This document shows, piece after piece, positions 24,119-34,790 of a DNA stretch of 40,733 nucleotides (position 1 is the stretch's first letter; each line of letters begins with the position of its first letter). The stretch comes from Toensbergia leucococca (Eukaryota). The notes under the pieces are model-generated. The model had not been told where the DNA came from. It worked only from the letters and a program-made list of their open reading frames with translations, and made no database searches. The stretch covers positions 1-40,733 of the forward strand of contig JALDZS010000205.1 of the NCBI GenBank assembly GCA_022813965.1, read 5' to 3'. The position numbers and the translations under genes are program-made.

Positions 24119-25050
24119 ATGGAGATGTCTGTTACGGGGATGCTAAGAGAAGGTTTACCATACCATCCCCTAGGACACGGGGGGGAAGAGACACTGACTT
24201 CTGTTGACTAGATGGCATCCACGTTGATATGGATCATCTTAAAAAGGGAGAAGTAAAGTAGGCTACTACCCTCCAGGCATAAATTCTACCGCATTACTGA
24301 CATCTCTGAATTTAGTTTAGGAACTTCAATGTTAGACAAGAAATTCCCGAACATGGATCAAGGATGATAATGCAGTTTTCAACTTACTGACTGGTAATAT
24401 AGAATGGCCATAAACTTCAAGGACGGTGTAATATTAGGAGCTGACAGTCGAACAACAACGGGTGCTTACATTGCGAATCGGGTTACGGACAAGCTCACAC
24501 AAGTACATGACACTATCTGGTGTTGCAGATCAGGCTCAGCAGCCGATACACAAGCAGTCGCGGACATAGTACATTACCACCTCGGCATGTATGGCATAAT
24601 GAACGACGAAGCTCCGACTACACAGACAGCTGCAGCCTTGTTTCAGGAGCTATGTTATGATAACAAAGACCAACTTAGGTATGACCACAAATGAAAGTAT
24701 GAAGTCATAGCATTAATTCCATTATTAGTGCGGGCATGATCATCGCCGGCTATGACCATCGACACGGAGGACAGGTATATTCAATACCGTTGGGTGGATC
24801 TCTCCACAAGCAGTCATACGCAATCGGAGGCTCAGGTTCAACGTACATCTACGGATATTGCGATTCATACTGGAGGGAAGGCATGACAGAACAGGAAGGC
24901 ATTGATTTCGTCAAAGGCGCATTGCGGGAAGCTATTAAATGGGACGGAAGTTCGGGCGGAGTCATCAGGCTGGTGGTACTTACGGGGCAAGGCGCTATCA
25001 GACATTTGTATTTGCCAGATAACGGGTACACGGGTCCTGGTACTAAGTGA
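24119..25050 (+). CDS. PRE3: 20S proteasome subunit beta1 precursor, 230 aa
   Basis: Exons 24119-24152, 24212-24257, 24316-24330, 24403-24678, 24729-25050 (693 nt). Translation [62 protein letters not shown]...[11 protein letters not shown]...[10 protein letters not shown]. Confidence 0.96.
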
Positions 25051-25479
25051 GCATGTATCAGCCTTCAATCAGTCTTCAAATTGGCTCCAGCATCTCACAT
25101 CCTCCTCGCATGGATCTTGCGAGCAAGAATCCTCGGCTAATAAATGTTAGAACACCGACTTCACCCGGTGCGACAACTGGTAGCAGTCGGACGAGGGATT
25201 CTTACTGCAACGCTCGGAGCTATCAAAAGCACAGATGGCCTGGAAAGCAGGTAAAAATTTTGAGTCTACAATCAGCTTTGTTTAGTTGCCATTGGAATCG
25301 AGCGCTTGTTGCGCCTACTACCTAATGTAATCCCCTAAGGCGAGGTCTTGATCAGCTTGAGCCCTTGAAGTAGTGACGCTTGCGAGATTAATAGGCGACA
25401 GTGACATGATTGAGGTGAATGTCCTGATCGATATATAGCGCAGCAATGATTGGTCAAGTCTCCCGGCACTCATTATTAT

Positions 25480-25510
25480 TGACGTTTCGTGACGTTTCGT
25501 GGCGTTTTCT
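25480..25510. promoter_or_regulatory. Tandem 10-bp repeat containing two SCB (CACGAAA) consensus matches upstream of the cyclin gene
   Basis: GACGTTTCGT-GACGTTTCGT-GGCGTTTTCT; TTTCGTG at 25485 and 25495; TGACGT at 25480 and 25490. Confidence 0.4.
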
Positions 25511-26040
25511 GGCAACGCCCCGTTCAAGAAATTACTTTTCATCAATTAAACGTTGTATCAACCACCTGTTCAACTGTAATTTCGCCTGGCTAATTCGGTC
25601 CCAAGGGTGCAAACAATAGATCAGGAATGATTCGGCAGGTAAGACCTCGATTTCATCCTCTGCAGTTTGCCCAATCTTCCCCCGCAAAAGACCCCACCGA
25701 GGAAACCGTAGACCTCGAGGACACGTGAAATACCTCTTCGACGCACAACGATTGAAATCCCGCACCTAAACCACCCAGAACAGAGAAGGGGAAACTTGAG
25801 AGAGAGAACGCTGTCTTCACCCCTCTACACCCTGACCACTTGCGAAGACGAACCCGCGATCGCCTCAATCGAAACAGAAGAAGGAGTTACTCAATCTTGG
25901 ACATTGATAAAATTTGGGCGACGCTACTCTCGATCTGATCGGAATACTTTACACACTAGGGATCAGTTTCCACAGCCTCCAACCCTCGAAACTTATCCTA
26001 TTCGTACAATCGGAAGAACGCAGTGACTGACATAGCAATC

Positions 26041-27553
26041 ATGGCGACTAGCGAAATTCTGCTCGAGACTGCGCGCTTTCCTATGTCGATGGTAGTTGGA
26101 GAGGGGCATCAGACGTCTTTCAGAAGATCTGAATTCATGCCGAACCCTTCAATATCCACACCATCCCCACACCTCCCTAACTCGGCCTCGTTTCACCCAC
26201 GACATTCATCAGCCTCTGCAACACCCACTCAACCAGCGATTGTAGGGAGCTCTCCCTGTATCCCTCATGGTTCGTTAATCACTGCGTTTTCTACTGTAGT
26301 AGGAAACTCTACAACCCCAGTTTCATGAGCATGAATTCAAGCGCGCTCTCCTTCCTCTCGTTACCCTTTGATCAACGCTAACTCTCCCGATCCAGAATAC
26401 GGTTACGATCAATCAGGCTTTCCGCTTTCGAATGCCCCAGGAGGACTCGGGCCTTCGCCACCATCACCGCGATTACAACCCACACATCCCTCTTCGCTGT
26501 CTCTCACTGGATCAGCTGCCACATCGCCCGGTCGTATCAAGGTCCGCGACCTACATCACATACAAAGTTTTGCAAGCGAAGAGGTCCTCACACGATCACG
26601 CCACGGATCAAAACGATCTTTGAGAAGTAGACAGGATGGAGGTCAACAATACGAGATCAGTGCCATGCCGGTTACGGATATTATTGAGATGGTAGCTGGG
26701 CTCTTGACAAAAATCACTACGACCAATGATCGACAACATGAGCATCTCCATCGGCATATACCACCTCCAGAGGGAACTACAGGGCTCAGTCAGCAGGCGA
26801 CGAGCGTTCTTGCATTCCACGGGAAGAACGTGCCTAGTATTACCATACTGAGCTACCTGAGCCGTATACACAAGTATTGTCCAACGACGTACGAAGTCTT
26901 TTTGAGCTTACTAGTTTATTTTGATCGGATGACGGAAATGGTCAATAGCGGATCTATGCGAGCGTTCCTAGAGCCGGAGGATCATACAACCAAGGATAAT
27001 AGAGATCGGAGTGACTCGCATCCTGGTGGTTCTGATGCCATTTTTATACCCCCCAGGGAACCGGCTTCGTTTATGGTAGCAACGCCACCACCGTCTGGTT
27101 CTCTTGGTAGCCAGGACCGCTATGGAAGTAAGAATATATTGTCTACACCCCCTGCCCCAGTAGCAGATCTAGACCCGTCGAATCTATCGCATTTTTTTGT
27201 TGTTGACAGTTTCAATATCCATCGCTTGGTCATAGCTGGAGTTACGTGTGCCAGCAAATTCTTCTCAGATGTATTCTACACTAACTCTAGATACGCCAAG
27301 GTATGTAGTTTGGTAACATTGCCCATGAATTTTGCTAACAAAGCTATAGGTTGGCGGTCTACCACTTGTCGAGCTGAATCATCTAGAATTGCAATTCCTA
27401 TTGTTGAATGACTTTCGGTTATCCGTACCTGTAGAGGAGCTGGAGGCGTATGGCACTATGCTCGTTGAATTTTATGCTCGCGAAGTCATGGTTCAGCAAC
27501 ATGGAAGCCAGACGATGGAAGAATTGTATATGCAAACGCCCACACCGCCATAA
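26041..27553 (+). CDS. PCL7: Pho85-associated cyclin, Pho80/Pcl6/Pcl7 subfamily, ~445 aa
   Basis: Exons 26041-26269, 26396-27300, 27350-27553 (introns GTTCGT..GCTAAC..CAG and GTATGT..GCTAAC..TAG). Cyclin motifs FHGKNVPSITILSYLSRIHKY, FNIHRLVIAGVTCASKFFSDVFYTNSRYAKVGGLPLVELNHLELQFLLLNDF. The exon 1 boundary and start codon are inferred. Confidence 0.9.
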
Positions 27554-28399
27554 AGGACGATATTTCAACGACCTGCATCAGAGTCGTCGGCAGCTCTCCC
27601 GAGAGTCAGCAGGAACATATGCACACGGTCCAAGACCCCGATATTCAATGCAAGATAACAACCTTTCTTCGACAAAATCTACATCCTACCCTCATACGCG
27701 CCTTACTTTCGCAAAGAAGCATAGACTTTTTTCTCATTCCGTCGTTCCAGGCTACGTGCAAGACTTTAATGACCTACATATACCCCGTTCGTCTATCGGT
27801 CCGTTCGTTCGTTTGTTCCAAATCCATGGAATCTCAACCTATTAGAGCATCCAGGTACAAGTTTGATCGGCGTTGTTTGTGTTTTGTTCGGTTTTGCTTT
27901 TTATTTTTTATTTTTGTTTTCGGGATTCGGGGTGTTTTGCGAGATAGCATACTTAGAGGCGTTGGTGATGGGAGAGAGGACAATATAGGAAAGTTTTGCA
28001 ATGCAAGGTATAGGCTGCTTTTGTCGATTACTTTGATCTTCCCCTTGGCTACGGTACGTGCTTTTGCTCAAGCTGCGATTTGGTAAATGTTGCTTTTGAT
28101 AAGATGCGTATCTATTCCTCGATTTACTCCGACGTCGCATGAAGCTAGGATTCCACAAGAATCACATACTATCGAATCTCCTGTTTTTCTGATTCAGAGT
28201 CGTGTCAGTCGAACGGTGAGTTAGAAAATTCGATGCTACCAGTCGAAGATTCAACAAAAAAACGTAGCCCGATCATGCATGGCATTGCTCAATGTCTCAA
28301 TCCCTACACTCCATGAATTCATGGCCCCTTTACCACCTACTTTCAAAAATCCCTACATGGCATCAAAGAACTCTAGCATTTTCTAACAGCTATAGTCAA

Positions 28400-29240
28400 A
28401 AGCTTGGCGTTTCGGCTTTTCACCTTCCCCACCCCATTTCGCTTTTCACTCACTCATTTCCCTTCCCCCTCCTCAATCATACCTTCTCAACCCCCACACC
28501 CAAACCACCCAATCCCATGAAGCTCCTCCTCCATCCTTGCCTTTTTCCCCCCTTTTCTCAGCCTTGAACCTTTTCACCCTCTCTCTCTCTCTCTCTATCT
28601 CTCAATAGAAGAACCAAGCAAACACAAAACCAAAAACCCACTTCCTTCCAAGAAAAAAACCCCCCCAAACAAAAAAGAAAGAAAGGAATTTTCTTGCAAA
28701 GCGGAAAATAGTACAGCAGGGAAGAGATGGATGGGCGAGAGAGTGAGTCGCACGGCTTTTGCTTTCGGGCATCCCAACCCATCCCCCCCCCCACCTTTTT
28801 TGGTTTTTTTACGGCTTTATGGCTTTGTGGTATGGATGGTGTTTTGGATGGTTTGGAGTGGAGTGGGTGGTTTTTTTGCTCTTGGAAACGGAGGAATTTG
28901 GGGCCGGGGAGGAGTGGGGGAAGGGGAAGATTGTTCTGTGGGTGGGGATGGAGATCTTGTAACTGGCCATGGTGACAAAATTGATTTGTAACGATAAATT
29001 CCTATGTCGTGTAACTCGTTCAATCAGAAATGGTGGAGTGGAGTGGAGTAGATAGATGGGGTCTTGATTCCTCCCCCCCCCCCCCCTATCCTCCCCGTTC
29101 TAGCCAAATAATAGTAGGGGGCATCGTAGCCACCTGCACTAACTAACTCTTTGCAGTAATCCCAGGTGTGTGTTTATATACCGAATCCCCCCCCCCCAAA
29201 AAAAAAACTTCAACTCTCTCGTCATGTAAAAAAAAAATCA
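28400..29240. repeat. Low-complexity intergenic DNA: (CT)n, poly-C/poly-A runs, (GGAGT)n
   Basis: (CT)n ~28579-28603; C runs at ~28783, ~29073 and ~29187; A runs at ~29198 and ~29228. ORFs predicted here are compositional artefacts. Confidence 0.8.
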
Positions 29241-29742
29241 CTTTTACTCATTTATCGGCTTCTCTATGCAGGAAAACGCAAGGATGGAATCTGGAAATCA
29301 ACGGCTTCATTCTCTTACTAAAATTTACTCCAGATGATTACCTGGTAAATATCATAAAGTTGTAATGCCACGCTATCTAGTTTGTATTGTAGCCGGGTAT
29401 TCACAGCTTCTACCCTCTTCACCCTTCCATCCCTCCGATCCCACCGGCGGTACACGCAGCTCTATCCGCTTTGTAGACCCACCTCTCCGGTCCGATATTG
29501 ATGCTTCATTATGTAGGTACATCTTCTTTGTAGATGTTATGATTTGTTGGAGTCGAGACTGCGGAGGGAACATGCATGCCCAAAAGACGGCCTTGTAGGG
29601 AAGATGGGCCGCGGAGCGATTCGGAGTATTGGGCTCTTCAGCGAGAGGCAGTCGCTCGGTGACGACCTGAGAGGGGTTTTGATTGTGGAAATTGTTTGGT
29701 TGGGATTGTTGAGTAGTGAGCTACTCTTCTAAACACTCGTCG

Positions 29743-29940
29743 TCACCCACACCAGCCCATAATGGTATCATAATCCAGGTCTGTGAATATACCAAGTCGA
29801 TATGGTATGATACCACCTCTTAATCTACTCAAAGATTTGTATATACGTCGAGGGCTTTGTACTCCCATCGGGACCGCTTTTATTTCGCTGAGGTATGGGC
29901 CTGCCTGCTCGTAAGTTGACGGAATGATAAAGCGGTCCAA
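29743..29940 (-). pseudogene. Fragment resembling a fungal atypical protein-kinase-like N-lobe
   Basis: RIYKSLSRLRGGIIPYRLGIF...TIMGWCG resembles the remembered pattern ExxxYxxLxxLQGxxIPxxxG...ME. No catalytic loop is visible. Confidence 0.35.
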
Positions 29941-30929
29941 GGTGTCTTCGCGGTTTCGGTGGTCGATCTGTGCCGGAAAGTGGCACGAGCGTATGAGTCG
30001 GGTTTAGCAGCAAACAGAGCTGCTGTGAAGAAGTGGCTTGAGATTTCCAAGCTGGGGATTATTTGTCGGGTAAAAATCTAGGCATCGCCCCGGATCAGGG
30101 GCATGATATTGCTCGCAATGTCATACTTGTTGAAAGCCCGTGAATCAGCCTGCACAAGAGGCGCGGAATCGGTCCTCCGAGAAGTGAGATGGTGAAGGAG
30201 ATGGTGAAAGAGATCTTCTCAGCCGGTCCACACAACGATGTTATGAAGTTCAGCCGTCGCCGTTGAGAAGGGGTTGAGCATCCGAGGGAGAAACCATGAA
30301 ACTTTCAAAATACTCATAATCATCCACTTTTTATCTACCAAATAGCAAGGCCTGAACAGCTGGATTGATGATGTGACCGCCGTACCGAAGCCGTCGTTGA
30401 TTGACACCAAATATTGTACCTTGCTCCCCAGGAGCATCAGCTACTTCTTGAATCAGTGGTTGTTACTCCCCACATTATCTATAACAAAATACTCGCAATT
30501 CAAGATGCTTCAGAAAGTCCCTTCGCTGCCTTGTGTGCGTCCTTGGGAAGGGTGTCTGACGTCGCAAAGATTCTTGGGAGCATGTAATCGATCAAACCGA
30601 CTCCTCCACACCGGCGTTAGAGCTCTCGTCGCCGTCTGAGTCTTCGGTCGGGCACTGAACCACCGGAAGAGGCTGCCCATTTATGAATTACACAGATGAA
30701 TACATAGTTGATGGATTATTGTTATGAACTTCGTTCGGATGATGCACCAAGGGGCCAGGACTTGCGTCTGCGTTCCGTCCATCCCTTTCCTGCTTTCGGT
30801 CCGACCATGCGAGGTCCAAAGACATCAGCTCAGTAGAACCAGAGGATGATGAGTTATATGTCACGGGGTAGGGAGCAGTGCATGTCCCAGATATTTATAT
30901 AGTAAGGAGTTGCTGGCCAAAATTGGATA

Positions 30930-30995
30930 TTCTAGTATAACCACCTTGGCTTCCTCTCCTTGGAAATTATCGACTGTAGCTAAGCAGACACCTGC
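30930..30995 (-). pseudogene. Fragment of an UPF1/ZNFX1-like SF1 helicase (AAA_12, motif V)
   Basis: Translates VCLATVDNFQGEEAKVVIL, a close match to the TVDxFQGxE motif of UPF1/SEN1/ZNFX1-type helicases. Confidence 0.65.
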
Positions 30996-31039
30996 GAACA
31001 GATCCAGTGCCGATTGGAGTGTGTTGGCAGGAATGAAAG

Positions 31040-31770
31040 ACTGGAAGTCCTGTGTTTGGGTTGACGGCAGAGGTGGTCCAGTAAGTCAAAGGAAGCTATG
31101 TATATGACCGCTACCCCAAGCCTGCCACTCAAAGTGCTACCAATGATCGTCAACAGAAGAAAATATTTCTTAATGACATTTTTGAAAAACAGTTGAAGCC
31201 GGCAGACCAAGTAACATGACGCAAAGTGTGGGTTTTCAGTCGAATTGACGGTAGCCTTCCGAAGTTGATCCTTTTCGTCACTCCTGGAAATTACTCAAAT
31301 TGTGGCATTCGGGCCCATAGGTCGTTTCACTGAAGATTCGCTGTACTGAACGTGAAGAACAGGTGGGGACAGCCGAAGTTATGGACTATTGCTTGTAGCT
31401 CACTACTCTTGTGACTCCAAAAGGGCCGCGTTCCTTTAAGCTATTCGGCGGAACGCGATATGCTTTGACAGCTCAGTATTTTTGTCCTGACCCAATTGCT
31501 AGAGCTCTTCAATAGCGATAAGCTTGCCGTCAATCTTTATACTAATATAAGTGGCATGCTTCTTTAAGAACTCAGGCATATTAACGTTGAAGGCGACGTG
31601 TTGAGATTATGGATGGCGAGCAAAGCGCCAATCTTTGTACCTGATAAGATGGCGGGCCCATTGGCTAAGGGTTGTTTCGCGTACACGTGGGAAATAAAAC
31701 CACTGAGGCTTTGCGCGAACAGTGTCAGAAAAATAATCCGGAAAATCCAACTCTTTTCCCATTCAGAAGA
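31040..31770 (-). mobile_element. Degenerate Helitron/Helentron Rep (HUH endonuclease) fragment
   Basis: Motifs in the expected order: WARHLIRYKDWRFARHP*SQHVAFN; LKGTRPFWSHKSSELQAIVHNFGCPHLFFTFSTANLQ*NDL; ENPHFASCYLVCRLQLFFKNVIKK; W*HFEWQAWGSGHIHSFL* (HUH, ~31098-31135). Several stops and frameshifts. Confidence 0.88.
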
Positions 31771-32099
31771 AGCCGCTTGAGACCATTCTCATAACGCAAT
31801 CTGTATGAACGTGTGGTGCAGATCGATAGTGTGGTGGGCGAGTGGAGGAAGGTATTGATTGTGAAGAGGGTGTTTGTGATTTATAAGAAGTTTGGCATGA
31901 TCATCAATCCGTCAACACGCCCGAGAAGGAAATAGCCCATCTCTCAACTCGTACCTCCCTCCACCCAGTACTTTCTCCACAGTATACGGCCCTTTACTTG
32001 TGTGTCCCCCGTTTACTAGGACGCGGTCGCCCTCCTTGTATAAATCTAGATTCTACACACAAGTCAGAAAAAAAAGTTCGTTGATAGAAACAGAGAAGC

Positions 32100-33790
32100 A
32101 ACAGTCAACACCTTACCTCTGGGCGTTTCTGCCGGAAGGTTCCTGATTATATTCCCAGGACATTATCGACGATTTCCTCCCCGGCTTTATCTGAGAGTAT
32201 GTACTCGACGCGGTAAAGTGGCCCGAGCTATATATACTAGCCAGCATTTTCGCAGTCTTTTGGAGCGAATGGCACGGGCCAAAGCCATAGCACTTCTTCA
32301 CCTTGATGCTCTTCCTCATTCTTTTCATATTTCTCAGGACTAAAGTTGAGTTAAGCCCTAAGAGAGAAGCTGAAGCTGGTAGAAATGGGTGTACAGGTCA
32401 AGATACTATGTAGGTGCTTGTCTGATAAATGTCGCCACGGTAGAAGAGCTCGATTCAATTTCTCCAAAAAAGGTGCGTAAATGCCCAACCTAGGGGCGTG
32501 AGTGTATGGCATGCCTGCGGAGTGTGGCTTGTGGGATGTGCATCCTCCCAGTCAATCGACGACTGTTTCTTCAATCTCGACACCTGGAGACTCCTTGCTT
32601 GTAGTATATGTGGGCCCTTCATAAACTTGAGTAGAGATATTAGAGGGCCATTGGGACGATGGCGCTGCACCGCCACTCCTGTCTTTCCCTGTCCCTCTCT
32701 TCTACTCTGTTTGACCCTCCAGTCTGTTGATGTGACGACTGGTTCATTTCAAAGGCTGAATACATCGATTTAAGTCCTGACTAGCCATCCACTGCTGGCG
32801 GTTATTGATTAATGAATATGCTTCTGACACTGAGGATGCTACTTACTGATGGTAGGTTAGGCCTGTGACATCAAGATTATCTACCTAGACAAAGTGGAAC
32901 ACACTGTCTGTCTTCTGTCAGTGCCAAGCTGCCTCTCACATATTGAGTGCCATGACTTACACTGCAACTGCTGTTCATCTTCAGCATTTTGTTTCCTCAG
33001 TTGGTGGTATAGCGGTCAATCTCTCTTCTGTCAGTGTGCAGTCCGCGACAGCTCCCTTTCTTCTCAGTCTTCACCATCCTGAGAACATTCCGTGATCGTC
33101 TATGACGGATGAGGCAGATGGTACTTCTTTGCCCTCAACCAGAACTACGTACGGCTCTTGGGCTTTTTGCGTTTCTATACAAGGTTGAGACGAATCCTTA
33201 ACTTTCTCTTCTAATCCTTCTCAAAAACTTCCTCCTGATTGCACAGTTTAATTTCTAGATTTTATACTCTGATTTTGTCTCGGTCTTTTGCTCTTCGGCG
33301 AGATCTTCGAGGTATGCGATGTGATCTTCTTGATCCTCCATCTCATCTTGGAGCTCAGATATGTATTGTACGAGCTCAGCGACAACAGTCCCGATGCTCA
33401 TATGGCTGGGAAGATCGATCTCGTAATCTACCAAAGTTGCAATGCCAGGCGGAGAGATGTAAGGATGGTACGAGCTTGAGCAAATAGGGGAAGTAAATGA
33501 TCGCAGGATTCCGAGATGCTGCAAAGACTATATCCGTAGTTGAAACCCAATTCCATAGACGGTGAGCTGGAGTAGGTCTAGCGTGGAATAAGAGAGTGGA
33601 GGACGGTACGACTGAGGACGATGGAAGCTTGGTGTTTCAACGGGTGGCTGCCTTCCGCTGATTATGCTGTCGAGCTTTGATTTGCCAGATCATCGTAGAA
33701 TTCCGTCTTCCCTTTAGGCAAATTGCCATCTCCCCATCCTGTCCCTTCACCAAGTTCAAGTCCTAAGCCGATTCTTATCATATGTTGATG
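32100..33790 (-). pseudogene. Decayed gene(s) with an acidic coiled-coil segment
   Basis: VVAELVQYISELQDEMEDQEDHIAYLEDLAEEQK (within 33255-33524), flanked by frameshifted, stop-containing protein-like pieces. Boundaries are approximate. Confidence 0.4.
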
Positions 33791-33820
33791 TAAAATCACG
33801 GACACACGTATTACGGATGT

Positions 33821-34790
33821 AATTGTAAGGGTTCTTCTGGTGGTTGGTGAAGACCTTGTTGTGCTACTGACTCCTCATTCGGTTATTCGTGTGAGGATAG
33901 ATTTCATCGATGCGGTTATTGAAATTGACCTCCATTTGATCTAGACGGTCATTCCGACGATCAAGTGATGGATTAACTTCCAGATGCTTTAGGCGGGTGG
34001 GTAATTCGTCAAGACCATGATGTTGAGTATAGATGCTGTTCTGGATTCGACTCCAGGCCTCTAGATTCTGCTCTTCCTTATGTTCGGCCCTCCTAAAGAG
34101 ATGGGAAACCTTCTGTTCCATGGTAGAGTTCTCCGGTAAGGGTTCCAATTCACCGGTGGTAAGGGATGCTCGTGCCCGAACTTTCTGTCGCTGAGGTGAA
34201 GATTGTCGTACCAAGGTAGGGTGTTCAGGCTGTATGGAAGGATATTGTGATTCCTCCACCGATGAAATGTATGGCTGTTCGGGCTGATGAGACAAAGGAT
34301 TCAGAATTCAAGGATATCGTAGTCGTTCGGGCTGTTCAGGTGGCGATTTATATCGCTGTTGATATGGTGCGTCTTCAGACTGCTGAGACGACGATGGTTC
34401 GATATTCAGGTCGTGAAAATGCTTCGTCAGGTCTCGACCTCGTTGCCCATTAATATTCGATCCAAGTGACCCGGGTTGATCCATGGTAGGGTGTAAGGAA
34501 AGACTGAATTGAGAAGAATCGCCTGGACAGCAATCAAAAGAAAAAGTGAGTATGGATGTTATCGTCACAATGAACGACCTGGTTTGTAGGCAAATGAAAT
34601 GACTAGTGAAGACTGATTCAAAGACTGAATCCTTGGTGTAACTGAAAAAATTCTGAATTCCTGGTTTTCTGTAACGGCGAGGGCTTCTGCCTCTCACTGA
34701 CGACGAGGTGTATTCTGAATGCTGGTGAGTGGCGATAGGAGTCACTCCATCGTACCTATGCTGTTGCTACCAATTGTAAGGGTTCTTCTG
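33821..34790 (-). mobile_element. Probable LTR-retrotransposon relic: LTR end + PBS-like site + disrupted gag-like ORF (34484-33864)
   Basis: Minus strand reads ...CCCTTACA-AT-TGGTAGCAAC (CA end at 34775, 2-nt spacer, TGGT). ORF MDQPG... is Pro/Gln/Ser-rich then coiled-coil-like, with one in-frame TGA (34310-34308). The segment is bounded by an exact 19-bp direct repeat. Confidence 0.5.

Noticed and set aside
26326..26334. Selenocysteine or readthrough at TGA-GCA-TGA in the cyclin frame
   Set aside because: A canonical intron (26270-26395) removes both stops, and ascomycetes are not known to have Sec machinery.
27450..29023. Overlapping ORFs after the cyclin gene
   Set aside because: 3' UTR and low-complexity DNA with no protein-like motifs.
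32010..32036. Helitron 3' end (hairpin + CTAG|T on the minus strand)
   Set aside because: The 6-bp stem overlaps the CTAG instead of lying ~11 nt upstream, and it is upstream of the Rep relic, so it cannot be that element's end.
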